A DNA stretch of 52,953 bases, taken from positions 1 to 52,953 of IMG/VR virus record IMGVR_UViG_3300022919_000001. One strand, 5' to 3'. How positions within the stretch are numbered: position 1 is the stretch's first letter; each line of letters begins with the position of its first letter. Below the pieces are notes generated by a model. The model searched no databases, was not told where the DNA came from, and saw nothing but the letters and a program-made list of their open reading frames with translations. The translations under genes were made by a program, and so were the position numbers. Below, one piece after another: positions 33,752-43,157 of the stretch. Source of the DNA: a virus.

Positions 33752-34159
33752 ATGGAAAATCAAAGTTTAAATTCATTGTACAAAATACTGTTTACGCACC
33801 TATCGCAAAAAGATAGTAAAACAGGAATTGTTTGCTACTTATTTGCTTCATCAGATGAGGCGGTTTACGAATGGTTAAAATCAGAACCTACTATTGGTAA
33901 CGGTGATTACAATCCATGTATTTCGGGTAAACTATATTCAAGTTGGGCAGATGAGGAAACGGAAGAAGAAATTGAAGAAGGCGAGCCGTCATTTAAAGAA
34001 AGAGTAATTGAATGTAAGGGCAGAATGTTTGATGATTATTGGGAACCGTCTGATTTATATTACGGTGCAACAGAGTACGGATGGGAATGGGTTTCAGATG
34101 TTGACGACGACTTTAAACAACAGTTGATAGATTTAGATATGGCCTTTGTTGTGAAATGA
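33752..34159 (+). CDS. Acidic hypothetical protein
   Basis: ORF track. Acidic runs: ADEETEEEIEEGE and SDVDDDF. Confidence 0.55.
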   Translation: MENQSLNSLYKILFTHLSQKDSKTGIVCYLFASSDEAVYEWLKSEPTIGNGDYNPCISGKLYSSWADEETEEEIEEGEPSFKERVIECKGRMFDDYWEPSDLYYGATEYGWEWVSDVDDDFKQQLIDLDMAFVVK

Positions 34160-34317
34160 TCCTATTTATTTACGCAGCCGACCCCTACCCTATAAACAAA
34201 ATATACTACGTCCGAATGTATAACAACAGTTACTTCAGCGGACACCAAGAAATGTACAGATACACAGCCCACCGCAACGATATACCGCTTGGGTGGGGAT
34301 TTAAAAGGAAAGGATAA
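34156..34317 (+). CDS. Small hypothetical protein (53 aa)
   Basis: Hand-called; ATGA overlap. Confidence 0.4.
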   Translation: MILFIYAADPYPINKIYYVRMYNNSYFSGHQEMYRYTAHRNDIPLGWGFKRKG

Positions 34318-34323
34318 AAAGAT

Positions 34324-34617
34324 ATGAAACACGAAGTAGAATTAAAACCTAAAAACAGATTAACGGTAAGCGAGTTAACAGACTATGACAATATTGGTGT
34401 AATTGACGCTAATGGCGATAAAGGATTTACACATTTTTACTCTTTAAATGTTTACATCTTTGGTAAAGACGGTAGAACATCATGGGCGGGCGGCGGTAGA
34501 ACAATTCAAGATGCCTTTAATGTTGCTGCCGACAAATGTGCAGCAACATGTCAAATAGTAAAGATATTTAAGTTCGACACACGAAAGGAGTTATTTTTAT
34601 GGCTGGCAGAAGACTAA
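34324..34617 (+). CDS. Hypothetical protein
   Basis: ORF track. Confidence 0.55.
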   Translation: MKHEVELKPKNRLTVSELTDYDNIGVIDANGDKGFTHFYSLNVYIFGKDGRTSWAGGGRTIQDAFNVAADKCAATCQIVKIFKFDTRKELFLWLAED

Positions 34618-34742
34618 TCAACGCAACCCACGACATTACCGAAAAGGATTTGGTGATGTACAACTGGCACAGAATGAAGTGCGAGGCAGCACTAAACAAA
34701 AATAAACAACCTAAAAAGAAATGGTGGGAGATATGGAATTAA
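34599..34742 (+). CDS. Small hypothetical protein (47 aa)
   Basis: Hand-called: MAGRRLINATHDITEKD... Confidence 0.3.
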   Translation: MAGRRLINATHDITEKDLVMYNWHRMKCEAALNKNKQPKKKWWEIWN

Positions 34743-34879
34743 GAATTAAAGACAGAATCGCAGAGTTAAGAATTATGCAAATTCAAGCTGGTGATGACTA
34801 TGAATTTTGTGAACAAATGGAGTATGCCATTAAAGAGTTGAGCAAATTATTATTACCAATAAATGAAAATTTAATATGA
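34733..34879 (+). CDS. Small hypothetical protein (48 aa)
   Basis: Hand-called; ATGA overlap with the next ORF. Confidence 0.3.
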   Translation: MELRIKDRIAELRIMQIQAGDDYEFCEQMEYAIKELSKLLLPINENLI

Positions 34880-35052
34880 AAAGTAAAGATGAACTATTGG
34901 CAGAGGCTCACACTATTTTATCATTCTTGTATTTACGTGACGATTTAAATCTATCTATAGAGGCTAAATCTGATATATACGATTTGTGGTTTGAAGAAGG
35001 CAAGCAATTTGTAAAAGACTATAGGGATTCATGGTTAGAGGGAAACCTTTAA
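34876..35052 (+). CDS. Small hypothetical protein (58 aa)
   Basis: Hand-called: MKSKDELLAEAHTIL... Confidence 0.4.
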   Translation: MKSKDELLAEAHTILSFLYLRDDLNLSIEAKSDIYDLWFEEGKQFVKDYRDSWLEGNL

Positions 35053-35072
35053 CGCCATCAACAAAGCACTAA

Positions 35073-35255
35073 ATGGAAAGTAACCAAGAAAATGATTTGC
35101 CAATAGTAAGAACTTTTATATCCGAAAGATACAAAGATTATAATATCAGGCAAAAAGGAAATTACTATTTTATATTTAGAAATAACACAGTTATGGACGA
35201 CAATATATTTTCATCTGTTTTTAAAGCATCATTATATCTTATACGTAACTATTAA
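35073..35255 (+). CDS. Hypothetical protein
   Basis: ORF track. Confidence 0.5.
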   Translation: MESNQENDLPIVRTFISERYKDYNIRQKGNYYFIFRNNTVMDDNIFSSVFKASLYLIRNY

Positions 35256-35449
35256 TGGAAAGTAAGATGAGTAAAGAGGAAAAGATGTTAGCCGTGTGTA
35301 CTGCTATTGCCCACTATATTCATAGCAATGAACATAAAAAGGCTTTTTACTTGTTAGAAAAGTTTATTGAGCCAGCTACCGACCGCATCGCCCAACTCGA
35401 AAGCGAACTGCAAATGTTACAGGATTATTTGATAAAGGAGGGGAAATAA
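35255..35449 (+). CDS. Hypothetical protein
   Basis: ORF track. Confidence 0.5.
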   Translation: MESKMSKEEKMLAVCTAIAHYIHSNEHKKAFYLLEKFIEPATDRIAQLESELQMLQDYLIKEGK

Positions 35450-35734
35450 ATGAAAACAATTATACAACCAAACGAACTTAGAGTGGGAAATTATATTTAT
35501 GATGACTTTGATGAAGTCCATATAGTTGAGCGCGTAGAATCGCAACGGCACAATGATTGGAATGGTAGCGATCCATCATTAGTAGTATTTAGCAAACTGA
35601 ATGATAAATACGATAATATGTATACATGTGATATTGTTTCAGGTATACCATTAACCGAAGAATGGTTGGTTAATTTGGGCGCAAAAGAATATATGGGAGT
35701 ATGGCAGTATGCTATCCCTATAGGGGGCTATTAA
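35450..35734 (+). CDS. Hypothetical protein, probably the 5' part of a frameshifted gene
   Basis: ORF track. The stop comes just after a G5 run (35723-27), and the +1 frame stays open to 35891. Confidence 0.55.
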   Translation: MKTIIQPNELRVGNYIYDDFDEVHIVERVESQRHNDWNGSDPSLVVFSKLNDKYDNMYTCDIVSGIPLTEEWLVNLGAKEYMGVWQYAIPIGGY

Positions 35735-35891
35735 ATTATTCTTTAGGAAACAGTCAAATATATGGTATTCTGAACTTGGCGGCATTTACATGGGAGATAG
35801 ATTTAAATTTGTACATGAGGTACAGAACATTTACTATATCATGAAAGGGTCTGAAATTTTAAACCACCCTAAACCAGCTATCAAATTCTAA
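35724..35891 (+). pseudogene. +1-frame continuation of the 35450 ORF (frameshift, indel or assembly error at G5)
   Basis: The +1 frame reads ..KLFFRKQSNIWYSELGGIYMGDRFKFVHEVQNIYYIMKGSEI.. with no ATG near its beginning. That looks like the continuation of a protein. Confidence 0.4.
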
Positions 35892-36272
35892 AGACCCAGT
35901 ACCGTTGTCAAGTATAGTTATAGAGGCAAGGGTGTCTTTATCTTCGTCTGTAAAGTTATACCGTACTAATACAGGAGCATAGCCGGAATTGGTATCTACC
36001 GTATCGCTTTCTGCGACCGTCATGTTAACTATTGGGCGTAAGGCATTTGTTGCAAAATCAACACCGTTTACCATTGTAATTGGCAGTGCAGTGCCAGATT
36101 CATAAAAAACATTACTACCCGATATACCACCGCTAACAACCAACCCCTTAGTAATAAAGTCATTATCACCTAAATCGTCAATTGTATACGTCTCCTTATA
36201 TCCTGCCTTGTTATCAACACGCAGATAACCGCCTAAAGACTTTATTATATCTAAAAACTTTGCGTTTCTCAT
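35859..36272 (-). CDS. Tail/fibre-associated protein (last gene of the tail operon)
   Basis: ORF track; 4-nt overlap with the fibre gene. Confidence 0.5.
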   Translation of the reverse strand: MRNAKFLDIIKSLGGYLRVDNKAGYKETYTIDDLGDNDFITKGLVVSGGISGSNVFYESGTALPITMVNGVDFATNALRPIVNMTVAESDTVDTNSGYAPVLVRYNFTDEDKDTLASITILDNGTGSLEFDSWFRVV

Positions 36273-37258
36273 GTTGTTAATATGCCAGTAAAGTATAAAA
36301 CAATATTTGATTTAGGCGAAATATCTATCGCTGTTTGTCCTGCGAATGGATTTAACGAAGCATCCCTGATACTTGGTGACACGGTATTATTATTCGCCCC
36401 GTTGTATTGTATGCCGCCGCTACCAGCAACACCGCCAATATTAGATGGAATACTCACCTTTAATTCAGGCAAATTAGCAAAAGCGATTGTTTTTGAGTTA
36501 TCCCCGTAACTACCCCCAAGCGTATCGCCTGTCTTATACCCTCTCAAATAAGTATCACCCAAATCAGGCAGTCCATTTGTGCCCCATAGGACAGCGTTTT
36601 CATAAGGTGTGCCTACTTTACCAAAACCACTTATAAAGTCCCATGAAGCGGCTGTATGGCCTGAATACATAGGCTTAAAGGCATACACCGTACCCGCCAC
36701 CCATTGAGTTCCGACGCCCCCACTTCCACCGCTCGGTATAACAGGTTGCTCATCTAACTGATAGTATAAGATAAACATTGTGTAATCAACGCCAACTAAT
36801 CCCGTTAAATATAGAGTGGTTGCCTCGTCAAAATAAGCGTCAACATCTAAGCAAGATATATCATTAGGCAAAACAATGCTACCCACTTCAGTACCCCCAT
36901 CCGTACTACCTAAATTCAGAGTAACCTCTGCACCTGAATTATTAATGAAATAGATCTTAGCTAAAGTGGATTGATTGCGAAATATGCCTGCAATAGTTTT
37001 ATTGCCGCTTGTTTCAATATATGGTATAACCTTGCAATTGGTAACGTTATTGAAGTAGGCGATAAAATATGGTAGTTCTGAATATTTCTTTGTTCCGTCG
37101 CCAACTTTAAAGTTAACAGCCAATCCCTCGTCGTTATACACCAACGCCATTTCACCCGCAAGAATCGGCCCTAACTCATCTTCTACAGATAGCCAATAAT
37201 CATTGGTTGCGATTTTATTCTTAACCCTTGCGTTTAATATGGTAGTAGGTATTGCCAT
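36269..37258 (-). CDS. Tail fibre / receptor-binding protein with phage tail-collar-like C-terminal region
   Basis: N-terminal ..GEMALVYNDEGLAVNFKVGDGTKKYSELPYF fibre motif. C-terminal ..GLPDLGDTYLRGY..TIAFANLPE is collar-like. Confidence 0.65.
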   Translation of the reverse strand: MAIPTTILNARVKNKIATNDYWLSVEDELGPILAGEMALVYNDEGLAVNFKVGDGTKKYSELPYFIAYFNNVTNCKVIPYIETSGNKTIAGIFRNQSTLAKIYFINNSGAEVTLNLGSTDGGTEVGSIVLPNDISCLDVDAYFDEATTLYLTGLVGVDYTMFILYYQLDEQPVIPSGGSGGVGTQWVAGTVYAFKPMYSGHTAASWDFISGFGKVGTPYENAVLWGTNGLPDLGDTYLRGYKTGDTLGGSYGDNSKTIAFANLPELKVSIPSNIGGVAGSGGIQYNGANNNTVSPSIRDASLNPFAGQTAIDISPKSNIVLYFTGILTT

Positions 37259-39207
37259 TAGTTACTCAATTGCTTGTCGTTACTTGAATAATATTTCTCT
37301 GTTAATTCTATTTCATCGTTCCTGCACTCCATAGCTATTAGCGTAACCGTGCATAATTCAACATTGTATTTTGCATTTAAAGGTAAGTATTTTTCTGTGC
37401 CAAAACTATCTATCATGTAAATTTGGTCAAAACTCCAATTTCCGTTTCGTACTTTAATTGTTCCATTAAATATCTTACTAGCTTTATATAAAAACCTCAT
37501 CATTGAATTTGCTGTTAAGCCAGTTAATGTGCCGTCATAAAATAACCCGTCCCTGAAATAACATTGTGCATCTGATTCGCTCCAATTGGTCATAAAGTTA
37601 CTAATCATGTACCCGCCAAAAGAGCTACTTATTTTTAATGTACGCGGGTCAATTGTCGTGTTGCGACTTGGTATGTAGGTACTTTCGTAAACATCATTGG
37701 CGTTTTCAACCGATACGGATATATTATCCAGTCTATATTGCTGTCCCGGCTTTAATAAAAACTCTACCACAATATCGGATGTGTCCCCCGCTGCTGGTTG
37801 CACTAACGGCATCGGCATTATTATATTTCTAAATTTATCAAAGTCTACCTTTGCTACCTCATTATAAGCAAGCCCCGGTATTACTATAGGTATATCAGTT
37901 GGAGTTGTCTGCCAAAAACCAAACTGATTTAAATAGTAAACAATTATGCCTACATTAAATATTACACGTATTTTAAATGGTTCTGTATCCCAAACAATAA
38001 CATTATCAACAGAAGGGAAACCATTAACAGGGCTGAATAAGAAACTGAAATTAATCACCTTAACTAAGGTTTGTGTATCTATCGGTAATCCATCTTCATT
38101 AATTACACCACCGTCAGATTTTAGCGTATAGTAATCATTTGTAGGTGAAATACTAAGCAAAAATGCAGAGTGCCCGTTCCTTCCATCTAACGAATCGCCT
38201 ATTTGAACAGACCCTCCAGTTCCATAAAATCCCCAATATTTTAATCCGCTCCCTTCTTCTGTATCTTGAGAACCGTTAGGCAGTACATTTTCCCTCACAT
38301 TCGCTTCATATTCAACCTTAACAGTTTTTATACCCTGCTTAGTTGTGATTAAAGCATCCTGCCCCTGAAATTGATATCCACTTCTGCCTATTTGCTTTAA
38401 TACATTTTCATACCCACCAGACACAACTAACGGCCCAAAATTTGCAGCGACTTGTTTATAGTCAAAAGTTCCACTAACAATATCGTTAATCCTGCGAATC
38501 ACCCATTTACCATCACATTGAGATATACGACACTGCATAGAACGCAGCATTTCCTCCAGTATATCGCCACACTTTTTAATTTGACCAGTATCGCCGCCGC
38601 TTTGTGACGCTTGGTAGGAATAGAAGCCCTGATTGTCAACCGCCCACTCTACGCTACCTGAAAAAACATCCTCGCCTAAAAACGCACTACATTGCAATGT
38701 GTTTGTCCACCTTATAGGCAATGGTATCCCTAAATTAGACGGGCTGAATAATATTTGCCTAAAGTAGTTTATAGGGCATCTGCCGCCTAATAAATCAGCG
38801 TGGGTATAATCTATGTCAGCAAGCATAGAAAGCCCGTCTATAGCCTCTAAATTAACTGTTGTGGGGGCTGATAACAATTGCCGTTGTATGCCCTCTATTT
38901 TAAGGTAGCCAGTCCATTTTAGATTAGCCCCGTTGTACATAGAAACAGTAAAATCCCTATCCTGTGCGTTCTGTAATTCGTTTACATCAATGTTATCTTG
39001 ATTATATATAGATATTGATAGGGTGCTTGGGAATAGCACAGTATATGGGTCATCTGCATTGCCTTCTCCATCGTAAGAAATGATGCCAACGTTACCACGA
39101 ACGCCACGTAACGAAATAGGGGTGCTTGTCAAGGATGCATCGCTAATATCAATACGCCATGCCTGATTATCATCTGAGTTAAATGGTATGGTATATCTAA
39201 CGGCCAT
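37258..39207 (-). CDS. Distal tail / baseplate-hub-like protein
   Basis: 649 aa, immediately after the tape measure gene. Called from position only. Confidence 0.5.
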   Translation of the reverse strand: MAVRYTIPFNSDDNQAWRIDISDASLTSTPISLRGVRGNVGIISYDGEGNADDPYTVLFPSTLSISIYNQDNIDVNELQNAQDRDFTVSMYNGANLKWTGYLKIEGIQRQLLSAPTTVNLEAIDGLSMLADIDYTHADLLGGRCPINYFRQILFSPSNLGIPLPIRWTNTLQCSAFLGEDVFSGSVEWAVDNQGFYSYQASQSGGDTGQIKKCGDILEEMLRSMQCRISQCDGKWVIRRINDIVSGTFDYKQVAANFGPLVVSGGYENVLKQIGRSGYQFQGQDALITTKQGIKTVKVEYEANVRENVLPNGSQDTEEGSGLKYWGFYGTGGSVQIGDSLDGRNGHSAFLLSISPTNDYYTLKSDGGVINEDGLPIDTQTLVKVINFSFLFSPVNGFPSVDNVIVWDTEPFKIRVIFNVGIIVYYLNQFGFWQTTPTDIPIVIPGLAYNEVAKVDFDKFRNIIMPMPLVQPAAGDTSDIVVEFLLKPGQQYRLDNISVSVENANDVYESTYIPSRNTTIDPRTLKISSSFGGYMISNFMTNWSESDAQCYFRDGLFYDGTLTGLTANSMMRFLYKASKIFNGTIKVRNGNWSFDQIYMIDSFGTEKYLPLNAKYNVELCTVTLIAMECRNDEIELTEKYYSSNDKQLSN

Positions 39208-42200
39208 TTTTGTTACGATCTAAAACAAATTGTATATCCTTACCGCTTATGGTCGCTACTAACTGCCCTGTTGCACCTACCTGAACACCTGAAACAACAC
39301 CCTGTTGCGTAAATCTACCTATAATAGATGATGTGTAAGCTGCTTGCTGTTGGCGTAATAATTCGGTTTGCTTCTTAGCCTCATCTAATTGCTGTTTTTG
39401 TAGTTCTTCCTGCTTTTTACGTGCAGATGCAGAGCCAAATATGCCGCCAATTAAACCTACTACACCCCCTACAACAGCGCCTGCAACCGTACCAATAACA
39501 GGCACAACGCTACCGATAGCTGCCCCCGCTGCTGCGCCACTTAATGCCCCCCCTGCACCTTGTCCAATTGTAGAAGTTTTAGGCGTTGCAGCCGATATAA
39601 CGCCACCTAATATGCCTGCACCCGCTATACCTGCGCCTAATCCTGTTATTTTACCATCCTTAAATAAACCGCCTGTACCTGCTGAAATAGCTTTACTCAA
39701 CGCGCTTGCCAAACCGTTAAGCACAATATCATTGAATACCTTGTTTAATGATGAGGATAGCTTAGCCGTTAAATCAGCGAATATGCTTGCAAATGTTCCT
39801 TGTGTATAAGTCTCTGCGGTGGTTAATGTATCTATAAAGTCCTGCCCGAAGTTGCGGAGTGAGCGTGATATAGTATTAGCTAATTGGTTTTCTGCTTTAT
39901 CGGCATCTTTTTGTTGCTTTTTGTTAATCTTTGAAAAGAAATCTAAGAAATCTTGCGCTCCCCTGTCCGCGTATTTTTTATTAATAGCAGCCTCAGCAAT
40001 TGGCTTACCTGAATTTAGGCTTGCTATTATCTCCGCATTGCCCTTAGCAAGTGCTAATTCTCTATCATAAAAAGCCTTTAGCGAGGCAAGTTCTTTTTCT
40101 TTACTTTCAGCGGCTTTTATACCATACTGATCATTTATTCTTTGTATTTCATTTGATACTCGTAATGCTTCTTTTATTTGAGCATCGCCAATCTCTTTAT
40201 TAAATGGGTCAACAATAGAACCTTTAGCGCCTAAAGCCTGCTCGATTAAATTATTGCCATCTGCTTGGCTAATACCTTTTTTACCATTGGTTTTTTGAAA
40301 GGCATCTTGAAGCAACTTTACATTTTCAATAAAAGAATTAATCTCTTTATTTAAACCACCGTACTCATCAAGTATTTTCCTAAGATCCAACTGGTATCCG
40401 CTTAGACCTGATTGCCCAGATGATTTTTTTGCCTTTTCTAATATGGTAGTTAATTGGTCTTGTAGTGAAACTACTTTTTGAGTTTGCGCTAATTGCGCAT
40501 TTGTGTTTTTACCTAACAAAGCGTCTAATTCAGCTTGCTTTTGCTTAATAGCAAGAACGTTTGCTTCAAGGTCTGCTTTGGTTTTTATAAACGGCTGTTG
40601 GTCTTGTAGCAACCGAATTTCTTTCTCTAAATTTAATACAAGTCCACTATCAACCGGATTTGTTAATTTACTTTGAGCATCAATTGAAGCTTTGTTGAAT
40701 TTATCTATTTCCTGCCGTGCTTTGAATGCGTCTATACGGAATGTTGCAGCAGCATCTTTAGCTGCTAATAAAGCATTTTTAGCATTTGCAGCCGCCGATG
40801 AAGCATCGTTTAATTCACTTGTACCCGCACCGCCACCAGCCGCACCGCCACGATTAGGCGCAAACCTTAGTTTATTATACTCTTCAAGTTTTTTATTATA
40901 TTCTGATTGCGCATCAATAACAGCTTTATCTGCACCTGCCAAAGCAACAGTATTTTCAACAAGTTTTTTTGTAGCTTCAGCGGATAATGATTGAGCGGCA
41001 GCAGCTATACCAGTTTGTACAAGATTAAACCGAAGTTTACTATAAGCCGCAGATAATTGGTCTACAAAACCAACTCCTTTTTCTAAATTTCCAAATTCTT
41101 TAGGCCATGATTTTTGTAGTTCATCTAACGCTTTAACGTTGTTATAGCGAGCATCGGAGTTATTTTTAAGCGATTGAAATAAAATATCAAGTTTTGTTAC
41201 CTCTGTATCGTAACTTGCCGCAGCTTTTGCTGATACTTGAGAAACTTTATCTAACGTGCCTATATAATCCTGTAATGCTTTTTTCTGCTTCTCTAACTCA
41301 TTGGTATGTTCAGCCGCTTTCCTTGCGTTTGCTTGTTGTATTTGTTGATAAATTACAAATCCTGAAACAACGGCTGAAACCGCTAAAATAACCGCTCCAA
41401 ACCCGCTAAACAGTCCAGCTAAGGCCGCTTTAGCAACGTTAGCAGATGTAGCGACACCGCCATTTGCTACAATTGCAGCACTTGTAGAAGCTACATAGGC
41501 AGGTATAACCTCCACTAACCGAGTTACGTTATTGCCTATAGCGCCTAAGTTATTAGCTGCATAAGGAGCATCCTGTATGATACGACCTAATTCTATACCA
41601 ACACCGTTATAGCTACTGCCTGCCCTGCGTGTAGCATTTGCTAATACCGTTTGAGCATCAGCGGCACGTAAACCTGTATTTCGTAATGTATTTAGTTGTG
41701 TATTTGCCTCAACAAGACGTGTGTTATATAGTGCAATATCACGGGTATTTGTAGCTGACCTTAAAGCTTTTTCTAAATTCCTTACTTTATTTTCAGCATC
41801 AATAATTAATGATCCTGTGGTACGAAATTGAGCATAGGGGTCTGTTATACCTTTAGCAGCTTGCTTTTGCGCCTCAACGCTTTTAGTAAGGCTATCGATA
41901 GTATTTTTAAATGATTGAACCCTTGCATCCAAAGGATCAAAGCCGTTCTTTAATAACGAATCAATTGTAGATTGGTAAGCCCTTATTTGACCCTGTGAGT
42001 TTTGAATGCTTTGCCCGAATAGTTGCGCATTTCCATTTAAAACAGATAGCTTAACTGATAGTGCATCTATGGCCGCCTGCCCCTGTTGGTCTTTAAATGC
42101 CTGACTTCCTTGTATTGCGGCATTGGTATAGTCTTTAATCTTACCTGTAATGATAGTAAGCGCACCACCTATTGAGTTTAAATCTTTTTCGGTTGTAGCA

Positions 42201-42325
42201 CCTAAAAGATTTATTTTAAGGTTATTTGCAGTTTGCTGAAGGTTTTCTAAAATGCCCTTAGCTGCATTGGCTGCACTATTTAACCCTGTTACGGAACCTG
42301 TGATATCGTAGCGCAATTCTGCCAT
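39197..42325 (-). CDS. Tape measure protein
   Basis: 1042 aa, alpha-helical Q/A/K-rich, with a Gly/Ala-rich hydrophobic segment near the C-terminus. Follows the chaperone pair. Confidence 0.85.
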   Translation of the reverse strand: MAELRYDITGSVTGLNSAANAAKGILENLQQTANNLKINLLGATTEKDLNSIGGALTIITGKIKDYTNAAIQGSQAFKDQQGQAAIDALSVKLSVLNGNAQLFGQSIQNSQGQIRAYQSTIDSLLKNGFDPLDARVQSFKNTIDSLTKSVEAQKQAAKGITDPYAQFRTTGSLIIDAENKVRNLEKALRSATNTRDIALYNTRLVEANTQLNTLRNTGLRAADAQTVLANATRRAGSSYNGVGIELGRIIQDAPYAANNLGAIGNNVTRLVEVIPAYVASTSAAIVANGGVATSANVAKAALAGLFSGFGAVILAVSAVVSGFVIYQQIQQANARKAAEHTNELEKQKKALQDYIGTLDKVSQVSAKAAASYDTEVTKLDILFQSLKNNSDARYNNVKALDELQKSWPKEFGNLEKGVGFVDQLSAAYSKLRFNLVQTGIAAAAQSLSAEATKKLVENTVALAGADKAVIDAQSEYNKKLEEYNKLRFAPNRGGAAGGGAGTSELNDASSAAANAKNALLAAKDAAATFRIDAFKARQEIDKFNKASIDAQSKLTNPVDSGLVLNLEKEIRLLQDQQPFIKTKADLEANVLAIKQKQAELDALLGKNTNAQLAQTQKVVSLQDQLTTILEKAKKSSGQSGLSGYQLDLRKILDEYGGLNKEINSFIENVKLLQDAFQKTNGKKGISQADGNNLIEQALGAKGSIVDPFNKEIGDAQIKEALRVSNEIQRINDQYGIKAAESKEKELASLKAFYDRELALAKGNAEIIASLNSGKPIAEAAINKKYADRGAQDFLDFFSKINKKQQKDADKAENQLANTISRSLRNFGQDFIDTLTTAETYTQGTFASIFADLTAKLSSSLNKVFNDIVLNGLASALSKAISAGTGGLFKDGKITGLGAGIAGAGILGGVISAATPKTSTIGQGAGGALSGAAAGAAIGSVVPVIGTVAGAVVGGVVGLIGGIFGSASARKKQEELQKQQLDEAKKQTELLRQQQAAYTSSIIGRFTQQGVVSGVQVGATGQLVATISGKDIQFVLDRNKNGR

Positions 42326-42337
42326 ATTGCCCCTAAA

Positions 42338-42651
42338 TTACATAAATTCTTTAAATAAAGCCTTAGCCTGCGCCAAAGACGTAATAAATTGCTTTTTATT
42401 TTCGTCGTCTAAAGGTAAAGGCCATATAGATTGAGGGTTGGCGAACTTAGAAGCACCCATCCCACCGAAAGTTTGAATAAATGCCATTAGATGCCTTGTG
42501 CGGTTCCATTCCTTATCTTCACGGCGTTGGTAACCTGTGAACATCAACCAAAAATCCTTAAGCAATAGCGATTTTACTTCTTTAGGCTTTAAGCCCATTT
42601 CGTAACAGTAGACTAAGATTTGGCCGACGCTGAGGTCTTTGTTTTTTTTTT
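42338..42651 (-). CDS. C-terminal (-1 frame) part of the tail assembly chaperone frameshift product
   Basis: The -1 frame is open from the A10 run (42642-42651) through the 42338..42598 ORF: ..KKKNKDLSVGQILVYCYEMGLKPKE.. with no stop. Confidence 0.6.
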
Positions 42652-43002
42652 GGCGGGAGTGGCGGGAACTGTTCCAGTTAAATGCTCTAACATGGTTTTA
42701 CCAAAGAATTTACTATTCTCAAAGTCATTCAATATGCCTTGCAATTTCTCTTGCGGCATTTCGTCAATAGCAACCCTTAATTTAGGCAAAGAAACATCAA
42801 AAACCTCATCGTAAACATCGCAACCGTTTTTAACAGCCGATAAAATCAATACAGCGATAGCCCTTTGATTTTTAATAATGTCAGTCCTATCTGCAATCAT
42901 AGCAATACCATCAATATCACATTCCATCATATCGCAATAGTTTTCTATTGCCCCCATGCCCCATTGAAGTGGGTATTCTTTATTTAGAATTGTAATCTGC
43001 AT
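42613..43002 (-). CDS. Tail assembly chaperone (G-like, zero-frame product)
   Basis: 129 aa, directly upstream of the tape measure, with an A10 slippery run 9 codons before its stop. Confidence 0.7.
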   Translation of the reverse strand: MQITILNKEYPLQWGMGAIENYCDMMECDIDGIAMIADRTDIIKNQRAIAVLILSAVKNGCDVYDEVFDVSLPKLRVAIDEMPQEKLQGILNDFENSKFFGKTMLEHLTGTVPATPAKKKTKTSASAKS

Positions 43003-43156
43003 CTGCTAATTGCTTGGCTTTGTTTAAAGACGGTTTAGTTGTTTTGGAGTATGTAAGGTTGTGACGGGTTGTTTTACATCCGCAATCACACTCATGTGTA
43101 TATGAAATAAACCAAAGTCCATCACGAACTTTGGTTATATTTTGCACCTTAATCAT
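42980..43156 (-). CDS. Small Cys-containing protein (58 aa)
   Basis: Hand-called: MIKVQNITKVRDGLWFISYTHECDCGCKTTRHN... Confidence 0.35.
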   Translation of the reverse strand: MIKVQNITKVRDGLWFISYTHECDCGCKTTRHNLTYSKTTKPSLNKAKQLADADYNSK

Positions 43157-43157
43157 A

